In this document: positions 34,975 through 44,086 of the stretch, in pieces
Position numbering within the stretch: the first letter of the stretch is position 1
How the letters are laid out: each line of letters starts with the position of its first letter
Assembly: GCA_964291405.2 (NCBI GenBank)
Contig: OZ219926.1
Coordinates: forward strand, 3,616,001-3,680,000
Direction: 5' to 3'
Origin: Thermodesulfobacteriota bacterium
GTDB lineage: Bacteria; Desulfobacterota; Binatia; Bin18
DNA: 64,000 nt
Program-made: the position numbers and the translations under genes
The notes under the pieces: model-generated
Told to the model about the DNA's origin: nothing
The model's database searches: none
Seen by the model: only the letters and a program-made list of their open reading frames with translations

Positions 34975-36783
34975 GTGGCAATCTCTATTCCAGCGGACGT
35001 TGAGATGTCGGCCGGTCTGCCGAGGAAACAGTTATGGGTCGGCCTGCTGGTGGGCGTATTGCTGGGCCTTCAGTCCGGCCTGGCCTGGGCGGTTTTTCTC
35101 GATCAGGACGAAAGCCTGCGCTTCAGCGGCCGCGTCTACAACCGCACCGCCTTTTCCGTTGAGCGGGCCGCGGAAAATACGCGCCTCCAGACTCCCTATA
35201 ACGACTGGAATATGCTCCAGAACCGGACGTTTATTCAGGGCGAGTTGAGCCATGACCTGACCGGTCTGGTAGCGGGGAACGCGACCGGGCTGCTGGCACC
35301 GTTGCAAGCGCTCCTCGCCCCCCTGCGGCTGCTGAGAGCGGATACTCTCGACTATTTTATGACCTACCGAGGGGAATACGACGGGGTGTGGGACTATGGC
35401 CCGGCGGTTTTTCGGGAACGCTATCCGCTGTTTGCGGACTGCGGCACGCCGACCAAGGCAAAGCGGGCCCACCCCCGGCGCTTTGACTGTCAGCATGCCG
35501 ACCCGCGCCAACGCTTGCGGCATCGGCATCGTTTGTTTGAAGCCTATGTGAACTATGCCTATGGGCCGTTCTTCCTGCGGATCGGACGCCAGAACCTGTC
35601 GTGGGGTGAGACCGATGTGTTTCGCCTCCTGGATCAGATCAACCCACTCGACGCCGGCTTTGGCGGCTTTCTGGTGTCACTCGATGAGCGCCGGGTTCCG
35701 CTCGATATGGCCCGGGTCGTGTATGGCTTCGGCGGCGTGGGTCCGCTGTCCGAGCTCAACCTCGAAGGCTTTCTGGTCTTTGACGATAAAATTGCCGCGC
35801 CCGTGCCGACCGGCTCTCCCTGGTCCACACCCAACCCGCCGGGGGTCACCGGTCTGATCAAAAAACCCTCAAAGAATTTCGCGGACGCGCGTGGGGGCGG
35901 GCGCATTGTTGGCGTGTGGGGCGAGGTCATGTTCAGCCTGGCCCACTACGCCACCTATCTGGATACGCCCGTGCTGCGTATCGTCACGCCGACCAACCGA
36001 CCCGTCAGTCTGGACGCTTTTGAGGCTGCGGTACAGGCCGGCGACACGGGTCGCTTTTTGACCGACCACTTCCGGGCCGAGGCGCTGTATCCGAAAATAC
36101 AGATCAGTGGCGGCTCGCTCACTTTCGGCGTGCCCCGCATCTCGTCCATCCTCCGTAGCGAGTTCGCCTATTTTCACTCTGAGCCGTTTTTTCACAATTC
36201 CGCCTCGGACCAGCTTTTGGGACCGGCCTTAACGGGTGGGATCACACCCGGCTTCCAACAGGTCGGCACCGACCCGGATACGGGTCGCCCTTTGATTCGC
36301 TACCGGAATAAGATCACCCGATCCGATGTGGTGCGCTGGTCTCTCGGGCTAGATATGACCCGCTATATCAGCCTGCTGAACCCGAACGAATCCTTTCTCA
36401 TCAGCAGCCAGATTTTTGGGCGACACATCCTGGATTTTAATGACACGCCGGTCTCGGCGGTGTCGGGCTCGTACGGCTTCGGACACTTTGCCGCGCCGAT
36501 TTACGAGCCCAACCGGGACAATCAGAGCTTTGTCAACATCGACCAGCACCAACTGATTCAAACCCTGTTGATCTCAACCGCCTATTTCTCGGGCAGGGTC
36601 GAGCCCAAGCTGATCTTTTTGTACGACTGGCAAGGGTCCTGGCTGGTCCAGCCCGAAATCACGTTTATCCGCGATCCGTTCCGCTTTACCGTGCAGTATA
36701 ATTATCTGGATGGTCAGTATAACGGCATTGGTTTTCTGCGCGATCGTGACAACGTCATCATCCAGTTAGAGGCGGTTATTTAA
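34975..36783 (+). CDS. DUF1302-family outer-membrane protein
   Basis: LFEAYV, RIGRQNLSWGETD.F...DQINPLD, C-terminal LRDRDN; adjacent to DUF1329 gene. Confidence 0.82.
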   Translation: MAISIPADVEMSAGLPRKQLWVGLLVGVLLGLQSGLAWAVFLDQDESLRFSGRVYNRTAFSVERAAENTRLQTPYNDWNMLQNRTFIQGELSHDLTGLVAGNATGLLAPLQALLAPLRLLRADTLDYFMTYRGEYDGVWDYGPAVFRERYPLFADCGTPTKAKRAHPRRFDCQHADPRQRLRHRHRLFEAYVNYAYGPFFLRIGRQNLSWGETDVFRLLDQINPLDAGFGGFLVSLDERRVPLDMARVVYGFGGVGPLSELNLEGFLVFDDKIAAPVPTGSPWSTPNPPGVTGLIKKPSKNFADARGGGRIVGVWGEVMFSLAHYATYLDTPVLRIVTPTNRPVSLDAFEAAVQAGDTGRFLTDHFRAEALYPKIQISGGSLTFGVPRISSILRSEFAYFHSEPFFHNSASDQLLGPALTGGITPGFQQVGTDPDTGRPLIRYRNKITRSDVVRWSLGLDMTRYISLLNPNESFLISSQIFGRHILDFNDTPVSAVSGSYGFGHFAAPIYEPNRDNQSFVNIDQHQLIQTLLISTAYFSGRVEPKLIFLYDWQGSWLVQPEITFIRDPFRFTVQYNYLDGQYNGIGFLRDRDNVIIQLEAVI

Positions 36784-36787
36784 CCCC

Positions 36788-37186
36788 TTACGTATCGAAA
36801 TGATACATGTTTTGGTCGAACCGGTCACAGGCGAGGCAGAACACAAAAACCAGCGGCTCGGTACCGGTGCAGCGGATGGTATGCTTCGCGTTAGACGGGA
36901 TATAGACGGCTGAGCCCGGGCCGAGAGATGCTTCGGAATCGTCAATCGCCACGTGACCGGAGCCGCTGACGATATAATAGTTCTCCTCAGGTTCGTGGTG
37001 ATGGAGGGGAAGCGACACGCCGGGCGGCAGTTCCGCTATACCGGTGACGAGTCCGCTACTTGCATCGCGTTCGCCTGTGACGAGAAGCTTCCAGCGGCAT
37101 GGACTCTTCGCGGCAAGGTCCGGGTCCGTCCAGCCTTCCCAGTCCAGCTCGCCTTGATGGCGGATAACAGGTTTCTGTACAGGCAT
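36788..37186 (-). CDS. Cupin, DddK/DddW-like putative DMSP lyase
   Basis: RWKLL...SSGL..G.AEL.PG..L.LHHHEPEENYY, YIPSNAKH, DRF....Y.F. Confidence 0.65.
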   Translation of the reverse strand: MPVQKPVIRHQGELDWEGWTDPDLAAKSPCRWKLLVTGERDASSGLVTGIAELPPGVSLPLHHHEPEENYYIVSGSGHVAIDDSEASLGPGSAVYIPSNAKHTIRCTGTEPLVFVFCLACDRFDQNMYHFDT

Positions 37187-37256
37187 ATTTGGTTAATTGA
37201 CCGTTGTCATGACTTGAATGAGGCATGCCGGGAAAGGTCTACTCTTGTTTCTGCCT

Positions 37257-37709
37257 TTACGCTTCGAGATCCAGTGGATCGAGGGCGTTGGCTTCTCCGC
37301 GCCGCATGCGCTCCAGCCCATCTTCGCCAACATTATAGTACAGCTCGAATTGATTTCCCTCGGGATCAAGAAAATAGATGCTCTTGGTAATACCGTGATC
37401 AATCGTGGCGGTGATCTTCACGTCGTGGGCCTTGAGCGTCTGATAGCTCTCTTTTAACTCGTCGAAGTTCTCGACCTGGAGGGCGACGTGGTGCAGGCCG
37501 ACTTGTTTGTTTTTCACCGGCTCGGCCTCTGGCGGCACTTCCAGGACAGCCAGATCGTGGTGTTGCTCACCCAGGGTGAAGAATACACCCCGTGGCCGTT
37601 TGAGCCGGGTGACAACCTCAAAGCCCAGCACCTCGGTATAAAACTGCTCAGCGCGGACGAGGTCACACGCTTTGAGTACGACATGGCCGACTTTTTTCGG
37701 GCGAATCAT
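37257..37709 (-). CDS. VOC/glyoxalase family protein
   Basis: VGHVVL, HHDLA, GLHHVA, DHG..KSIYFLDPEGNQFE; start moved to 37709. Confidence 0.9.
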   Translation of the reverse strand: MIRPKKVGHVVLKACDLVRAEQFYTEVLGFEVVTRLKRPRGVFFTLGEQHHDLAVLEVPPEAEPVKNKQVGLHHVALQVENFDELKESYQTLKAHDVKITATIDHGITKSIYFLDPEGNQFELYYNVGEDGLERMRRGEANALDPLDLEA

Positions 37710-37841
37710 GGCAGGCCCTCCTTTTTCTCTACACGTCCCCATACCACGGGCATCCCAATACCGTAAAGCTTGCAGCAAAGGCTGAGGTTGACACAGGACA
37801 AAACCCCACGGTATGCCCAGTGCATTATGGAGGAGGGCGGT

Positions 37842-38987
37842 ATGACGACGACGGGGCGCTATGTGTCCGCCGATGGCCATGTGGTGGAACCCGCAGATCT
37901 GTGGACCACCAGAATGGATAGGCAGTTTCGTGACCGGGCGCCACGGGTGGAGTCGCGCCCGGAGGCCGATTACTACATCATTGATGGCTTGTCTCCCTTC
38001 CCGGTCGGTCTTGAAGGCGCGACCATGGAGGACAAGATTGCCGGAGAGATTACCACTGTGGTCGGCCATCGGCATGGCGAAACCCGTCCTGGCGCGTGGG
38101 ACCCCCAAGCCCGCCTTGCGGACCAGGACATGGATCACCTCAAGGCGGAGGTGATTTATCCCGGTCTTTTTGGCTTGCAGTTCTGGACCGCTCCCGACGT
38201 TGTCTACCAACGGGCGTGTTGGCGGGTGTATAACGACTGGCTGAGTGAATTCTGCGCCGCGGCCCCGGAGCGGCTTATCGGGGCCGGATTTTTACCCATG
38301 AAAGGCCCTATGGGGTGGGCGATTGAAGAGGCGCAACGCATTGCTCGAAAGCCGGGTTTGCGTTCGATCTCGATTCCGGCCGAGGTCGCGGACCGCTCAT
38401 ACCGGCATGCGGAATTCGATCTCCTGTGGGAAGTGCTCCAGGATATCGGCCTGCCCGTGTCCATCCATTCCGGGACAAGCACGGGGGAGCCGTTTGCAAC
38501 AAAATTCGAGCGCTTGGGCATGGGTATGGGGGTGGTGAACACCAAGATTTCCTTGCCCATGCACGCCTTGGCCGATCTCATCTGGGGAGCCGTGCCGTGC
38601 CGCTACCCTAAACTCAGGTTTGTTATTGTCGAGGGTGGCATCGGCTGGATTGCCGCCCTCTTGCGGCTGATGGACCACTGGTGGGCCGACCATCATCGCT
38701 GGATGGAGCCGCGGCTGGACGAAGCGCCGAGTACGTATTTCAAGCGGCAGTTCTGGGCCACGTTTGAGGATGACCGGGCCGGTATTCTGACCCGAGAACT
38801 GCTGGGGACGGACCGGCTGATGTGGGGCTCGGACTATCCGCATACCGAGGGAACCTTCCCCCGTTCTCAGCAACAAATCACGCAGGACTTCGCGGGTGTG
38901 CCCGAGTCTGAGGTGCATCAAATGGTGGTCAGTAATGCGGCTGGCCTGTACGGGATTGAGGGAGAGCAACTCATACGCAGGAGTTGA
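37842..38987 (+). CDS. Amidohydrolase_2 family protein (tandem paralog 1)
   Basis: SADGHVVEP, YNDWL, EGGIGW, WGSDYPH. Confidence 0.92.
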   Translation: MTTTGRYVSADGHVVEPADLWTTRMDRQFRDRAPRVESRPEADYYIIDGLSPFPVGLEGATMEDKIAGEITTVVGHRHGETRPGAWDPQARLADQDMDHLKAEVIYPGLFGLQFWTAPDVVYQRACWRVYNDWLSEFCAAAPERLIGAGFLPMKGPMGWAIEEAQRIARKPGLRSISIPAEVADRSYRHAEFDLLWEVLQDIGLPVSIHSGTSTGEPFATKFERLGMGMGVVNTKISLPMHALADLIWGAVPCRYPKLRFVIVEGGIGWIAALLRLMDHWWADHHRWMEPRLDEAPSTYFKRQFWATFEDDRAGILTRELLGTDRLMWGSDYPHTEGTFPRSQQQITQDFAGVPESEVHQMVVSNAAGLYGIEGEQLIRRS

Positions 38988-39017
38988 GCGGTTATCTGAA
39001 CGAAGGAGGGAATACTC

Positions 39018-40136
39018 ATGGAAATAAATATCACTGGTGGATATGTGTCGGCTGACGGCCATGTGGTCGAGCCCGCAGACTTATGGACAACCCGGATGGA
39101 TAAACGCTTTCGTGACCGGGCGCCGCGCGTAGAGTCCAAACCGGAAGCCGACTTTTACATTATAGACGGGCTGGAACCCTTACCCGTGGGACTCGAAGGC
39201 GTCTCGATGGAAGACAAGATTGCAGGGGAGATCATCTCGCCGCAGGGCCGTCGGCATGCGGACACGCGGCCTGGGGCGTGGGACCCGCAGGCCCGATTGA
39301 CCGACCAGGAGATGGATCATCTGCGGGCTGAGGTCATGTACCCTGGAGTGGGGCTCTTTCTGAGCGCTGCGCCTGATGCCGAATACCAACGCGAGTGTTT
39401 TCGGGTGTATAACGACTGGCTGAGCGAGTTCTGTGCGGCTGCCCCGGACCGCTTCCTGGGTGTTGGCTTGCTGCCCCTGCGAGGGCCTGTTGAATGGGCG
39501 ATTGAGGAGGCTGGACGCATTGCCCAAAAGGGTCTCCGGTCGATTTCGATTCCGTCTGAGATTGCCGCTCGACCCTATCGGTCAGCCGAATACGATCCCT
39601 TATGGGAGGTGCTCCAGGATATTGGTCTCCCGATTTCGATACACGTAGGCACGGATGAGCCCTTCTATATGAAGGCGGACCGGATGGGAGTGGGCAAAGC
39701 CTTTGTTGACACCAAGATTTGCGCCATGGAGCGGGCCATGGCCGATCTCATCTGGGCCGCTATCCCGCAGCGCTATCCAGGGCTACGCTTTGTCCTGGCC
39801 GAGGGCGGCATTGGCTGGGTCGCCTCGGTGCTGCGCAGCATGGACCACTGGTGGGCCGACCACCGGCACTGGATGGAACCACAGGTCGATGAAGCACCCA
39901 GCTTTTATTTTCAGCGCCAGTTCTGGGCCACGTTTGAGGATGACCGGGCGGGTATTCTGACGCGGGAACTCATTGGCGTTGATCGTTTGATGTGGGGCTC
40001 TGATTATCCGCACACCGAGGGCACGTTTCCGTATTCTCAGGAGCAGATCATGAAAGACTTGCTCGGCGTACCTGAAGACGAAGCCTATAAGATGGTAGCC
40101 GGCAATGCGGCGAGTCTGTACGGTTTGAGTGCCTAG
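39018..40136 (+). CDS. Amidohydrolase_2 family protein (tandem paralog 2)
   Basis: Same motifs; closely similar to the preceding gene. Confidence 0.92.
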   Translation: MEINITGGYVSADGHVVEPADLWTTRMDKRFRDRAPRVESKPEADFYIIDGLEPLPVGLEGVSMEDKIAGEIISPQGRRHADTRPGAWDPQARLTDQEMDHLRAEVMYPGVGLFLSAAPDAEYQRECFRVYNDWLSEFCAAAPDRFLGVGLLPLRGPVEWAIEEAGRIAQKGLRSISIPSEIAARPYRSAEYDPLWEVLQDIGLPISIHVGTDEPFYMKADRMGVGKAFVDTKICAMERAMADLIWAAIPQRYPGLRFVLAEGGIGWVASVLRSMDHWWADHRHWMEPQVDEAPSFYFQRQFWATFEDDRAGILTRELIGVDRLMWGSDYPHTEGTFPYSQEQIMKDLLGVPEDEAYKMVAGNAASLYGLSA

Positions 40137-40196
40137 AGATGGGGTGCTCCCCATCTGAGCGGGGTGTCCCTCACGGAACATAGAGAGGAGAGAGTA

Positions 40197-40853
40197 ATGG
40201 CAGAAGAAACAGAAGCCGGCATTTTTGAGATCATGTATTCGACCCGCGCAATGCGGCGACTCAAACCTGACCCTATTCCGGAAGAAACCCTCAAGAAGAT
40301 TGTTGACGCCGGTATCCGGGCGCCCAGCGGCGGCAATATGCAGGACTGGGCGTTTATCCTGGTGAGAGACACCGAGCGGAAACGGTTTATCCGCGACTAT
40401 TACTGGAATACCTGGCAGACGCTCATGGGCGAGCGGGGTATCCCTGACGATATGCCTCCGGCGCAGCAACGCATGCTGAACGCGGCCGCGCATTTGGCCG
40501 TGCATCTGGACGAAGCGCCGGTGCTCCTGCTGGCCTGTGCGAAAACGGAATATCCGCCGCTGGCCGCTATGCAGCATGAGCGCGCCAATGCCGCGGTCAT
40601 CCACGGCACGATCTATCCGGCGGTCCAGAACATTCTGCTGGCCTGCCGCGCCCTGGGGGTTGGAGCCACGCTGACGACCATCCATTGTTTCTTTGAGGAA
40701 GAGCTGAAACAGCGCTTCGATATCCCGGAGGACATGGAAGTCTCGGCGCTGATTCCGATGGGTTATCCGCAAGGCAAGTTCGGGCCGGTCTCACGCGCGC
40801 CGGTCGAGGATGTCATCCATTGGGATGCCTGGGAGAGCAAGCAGACAGGGTGA
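40197..40853 (+). CDS. Nitroreductase family protein
   Basis: STRAMRRLKPD, RAPSGGNMQ.W, YPAVQNILLACRALG. Confidence 0.92.
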   Translation: MAEETEAGIFEIMYSTRAMRRLKPDPIPEETLKKIVDAGIRAPSGGNMQDWAFILVRDTERKRFIRDYYWNTWQTLMGERGIPDDMPPAQQRMLNAAAHLAVHLDEAPVLLLACAKTEYPPLAAMQHERANAAVIHGTIYPAVQNILLACRALGVGATLTTIHCFFEEELKQRFDIPEDMEVSALIPMGYPQGKFGPVSRAPVEDVIHWDAWESKQTG

Positions 40854-40868
40854 GAAAAGGAGGAGCGT

Positions 40869-41267
40869 ATGGGAGCTGCCGAAAACAAAAAGCTGATCCA
40901 GGCTGCCTTTGACGCCTGGGCTGATGGAGACGGTGCGGCGTTCTTCAATATTCTGGCCGAGGATGTTCAATGGACGGTGATTGGCTCCGGCCCCGTCTCG
41001 CGGGCCTACACCAGCCGTCAGGCATTTTTGGACGGTGCGGCCAAGCCGTTGAACGCCAAGCTGGCCGGGCCCATTCAGCCCACGGTGGTGAATATCATTG
41101 CCGAAGGAGACAACGTCGTCCTGCAATGGGAAGGTAAGGCCACGGCCAAATCCGGGAAACCCTATAACAACAGCTATTGTTGGGTAATGCGGGTCGCGGA
41201 CGGTAAGGTGCGAGAAGGCACGGCCTATATTGACACGGCGCTGGTGGCCGACTTGTGGCAGTCATAG
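40869..41267 (+). CDS. NTF2/SnoaL-like (ketosteroid-isomerase-like) protein
   Basis: AEDVQWTVIG, IAEGDNVV, GKPYNNSYCWV, YIDT. Confidence 0.88.
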   Translation: MGAAENKKLIQAAFDAWADGDGAAFFNILAEDVQWTVIGSGPVSRAYTSRQAFLDGAAKPLNAKLAGPIQPTVVNIIAEGDNVVLQWEGKATAKSGKPYNNSYCWVMRVADGKVREGTAYIDTALVADLWQS

Positions 41268-41296
41268 CCAGTGCCTGAAGCTGTCTCTATAGGCGT

Positions 41297-42487
41297 TCAG
41301 GCCCAAATCGCGTCGTCATCCATCAGCGGGATGCCAAAGGCCGTCTTGCCCAGCAGCTCTAAGGTCTGGTCTGTACTAACGGGATGAAACAGGGCGGCCC
41401 GTACGTCGCGGTAATACCGCTCCAAAGGGAAACGCTTAAAATACGAGGCTCCCCCAACAGCTCGTAAGGCCAGATCGACGACCCGGACCGCGTTCTCCAT
41501 CGCAACGGTGCGCGCCGCTACGCTTTTGCGTACCCACATCTGCGGGTCTTCGATGTCCGCCTCGGCTGCGGCCTTCCACACTATGGCACGGGCGCTCTCG
41601 ATCAGCAGGTCCATCTCTCCGACCTTGTTATACACGCTGGGCAGATGACTCATGGGGGTTTTGAGAGGAAAGCGAGGACGGTCACGCATAAATTCGACCA
41701 CGAAATCCCGCGCGGCAACGGCAATGCCGAGGTAGGGCGCAGCAATTGTAAACGGCGCTCTGAGAAAAAGATTCGTAATTCCGCCACGGGTAAAAGCTGG
41801 CCGTTGTAGGGTCACGGCCGACTCTGGAACAAATGCCTGTGTGAGGGTGGTACTCCGTGACGCCGTTGCGCGCATCCCCAGGGTATACCAGTCGTCCTTG
41901 AAGATAAGACCCGGCGTGTCGGGCAGGATGAGGAAGGAGATAATGGTTTCCCCTTCAGGGCCATCTTGCCACAACGCTTCGCTGAAATAGCGGTCCAGCG
42001 CAATACTCTGGGTACTAAAGATTTTCCGGCCACTGACCTGCCAGCCACCGTTTACCCGTTCCGCAACAGCCCGAGGTCGTAAAACAGGAATGGCATTATC
42101 CGGCTCAGATGCCGAACCACCGCAGATCAACCGCTCACGGGCAATGCCCCGCAGGATATCGGCCCGTTTGGAATCGTGGAACCTGCGCCATAAATCGACC
42201 AGCAGGCCAATAACATTAAAGTGCATGTTAATAGCCAGGGCAGTCGGCGCACAGCCTTGGCCGAGACGTTCCTGGGCCTTGATCCGTTCCAACAGACTCG
42301 CGCCACCACCTCCCAGCTCTTCGGGGATAGTCATGATGGTGTAGCCGCTCTCCTTGAGACGAGCGTAGTTTTCGTACGGAAAAGACCCCTCCTCATCATG
42401 CTGGGCCGCACGTTGGGCAAAGTCATCGGCCAGTGATGCCGCCAGGTCAATAAATCGTTGCTCGCGTGGTGTATGGAACTGATTCAT
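41297..42487 (-). CDS. Acyl-CoA dehydrogenase family protein
   Basis: IPEELGGGG, SGRKIF, LGMRATAS, LERYYRDVRA. Confidence 0.9.
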   Translation of the reverse strand: MNQFHTPREQRFIDLAASLADDFAQRAAQHDEEGSFPYENYARLKESGYTIMTIPEELGGGGASLLERIKAQERLGQGCAPTALAINMHFNVIGLLVDLWRRFHDSKRADILRGIARERLICGGSASEPDNAIPVLRPRAVAERVNGGWQVSGRKIFSTQSIALDRYFSEALWQDGPEGETIISFLILPDTPGLIFKDDWYTLGMRATASRSTTLTQAFVPESAVTLQRPAFTRGGITNLFLRAPFTIAAPYLGIAVAARDFVVEFMRDRPRFPLKTPMSHLPSVYNKVGEMDLLIESARAIVWKAAAEADIEDPQMWVRKSVAARTVAMENAVRVVDLALRAVGGASYFKRFPLERYYRDVRAALFHPVSTDQTLELLGKTAFGIPLMDDDAIWA

Positions 42488-42658
42488 GGCTGTCCCCTTC
42501 CGTACGGCGGCCTGAGCGAATCTGTTTGTTCGGTGCCACACTCTACCAGCCTCAGTCCCGGCTTTGCCATATGTGACCGCCTCTTGTATTCTTGGCGATT
42601 CTCACGGAAAAGGTCTCAAAAGAGAAATATTGCACCGGCGAGAAAAGGAGGCGGGATC

Positions 42659-43576
42659 ATGAAACTCTACCGTTCGACCATGTTTGTTCCGGGGAATCGG
42701 CCCGACTGGATAGACAAGGCGCCCAAATACGGTCCCGATGCGCTGTTGCTGGACCTTGAGGACGCGGTACCGATTGCCAACAAGGTTGAGGCGCGGGATA
42801 TCGTCCGTACCGGCATTGAAGGCTTGCGCGGGAGAGGCGTGGGTGTCTTTGTGCGTCTGAACGGCGTAGATACCGGTCTGACCGGCGAAGATATCGAAGC
42901 CATTGTGGTCGAAGGCCTCGACGCGGTGGCCGTACCCAAGCTGGAGACGGTCGAGGAGGTTCTCAAGGTTGACGCCTGGCTGGAGTTGTTTGAACGCAAA
43001 GCCGGCCTGCCCATCGGCACGGTCGAGATCATGGCCCTGCCCGAAACCGCCCGTGGCATCATGGACGCCTACAAACTGGCCACGGCCTGTCCGCGGGTCG
43101 GGAATATCATCGGCGGCGTTGGTGCCCGGTCCGGAGACGTGACCAAGGCCATTGGCTATAAGTGGACGCGCCAGGGCCTGGAAACGCTGTATATGGCCTC
43201 GCATATTCTCCTGGCCGCGCGGGCCGCGGGCATTGAGTATCCGATCGGCGGCGGCTCGCTCGAAGTCGGCGATATCGAGCTGGTGCGGGCTCAAATTCAG
43301 CGTGGGCGGGAAGTGGGCTTCCGCGGCTGCCTGCTCATTCATCCGTCTGCCGTGCCCATTGCCAACGAGATTTTTGCGCCCTCTCAGGAAGAGATTGAAT
43401 GGAATAAGGGCGTGATGCAGGCCATGGCCGACGCCGAAAAAGCGGGTAAAGCGGCAGTCACGTACGACGGCATGATGATCGACTACGCCCACGTCCGCAA
43501 CGCCCTGGAACTGCTCCAGCAGGCGGAATCGTTCGGGATTGAAGTCGGCGAGTATGCCGATGTAAAGGCGCTGTAG
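42659..43576 (+). CDS. CitE/malyl-CoA lyase family (citrate lyase beta-like)
   Basis: RSTMFVPGN, DLEDAV, VRLN, VPK, ETA.G, IHP, DGMMID. Confidence 0.9.
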   Translation: MKLYRSTMFVPGNRPDWIDKAPKYGPDALLLDLEDAVPIANKVEARDIVRTGIEGLRGRGVGVFVRLNGVDTGLTGEDIEAIVVEGLDAVAVPKLETVEEVLKVDAWLELFERKAGLPIGTVEIMALPETARGIMDAYKLATACPRVGNIIGGVGARSGDVTKAIGYKWTRQGLETLYMASHILLAARAAGIEYPIGGGSLEVGDIELVRAQIQRGREVGFRGCLLIHPSAVPIANEIFAPSQEEIEWNKGVMQAMADAEKAGKAAVTYDGMMIDYAHVRNALELLQQAESFGIEVGEYADVKAL

Positions 43577-43651
43577 GGAGATTGCTATGCGAACGACAAT
43601 TAGGGTATAGCGGGGAATACTTTCTTGGAAAACACATCAGGAATCATAGCG

Positions 43652-43864
43652 ATGAAATCTGACTATACAGCAGTGGTAAAGCGTGATGGCGAATGGTGGA
43701 TAGGGTGGATTGAGGAGGTGCCGGGTGTCAATTCTCAAGGGGCGACCCGAGAAGAACTTTTGGTTAATTTACGGTCAGCGCTACAAGAGGCCCTGGAGAT
43801 GAATCGATCTGATGCTCTTGCCGCTGCTGAAGGGGACTACGAAGAAGAGCGTATTGATCTGTGA
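43652..43864 (+). CDS. hicB: HicB-family antitoxin (short, no DNA-binding domain)
   Basis: YTAVV....WWIGW.EEVPGVNSQG.TREE...NL. Confidence 0.88.
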   Translation: MKSDYTAVVKRDGEWWIGWIEEVPGVNSQGATREELLVNLRSALQEALEMNRSDALAAAEGDYEEERIDL

Positions 43865-44046
43865 AGCGGCGGGAATTCCTCACACACCTCCGCGCCCACG
43901 GATGTGTGTTGATACGTGAAGGGGCTCGACATTCCTGGTGGGGAAACCCGAGCAACAATCGTCGCTCTTCAATTCCGCGCCACACCGAAATACCAAACGA
44001 ACTGGCAAAAAAGATTTGTCGAGATCTGGGTGTCCCGAAACCTTAG
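43861..44046 (+). CDS. hicA: HicA-family toxin
   Basis: KRR....L...GC...REGARH.W...IPRH.EI...L.KKIC. Confidence 0.9.
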   Translation: MKRREFLTHLRAHGCVLIREGARHSWWGNPSNNRRSSIPRHTEIPNELAKKICRDLGVPKP

Positions 44047-44086
44047 GGGAACTCTCCTCCGTTTTCTTCGGTCAGACGAAGCGGCT

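Noticed and set aside
37710-38210. Long N-terminal extension of the VOC protein
   Set aside because: It overlaps the divergent amidohydrolase; the real start is ATG 37709 with a GGAGG RBS.
43652-44046. Reversed hicB-hicA order as a novelty
   Set aside because: Short HicB upstream of HicA is a common, known arrangement.
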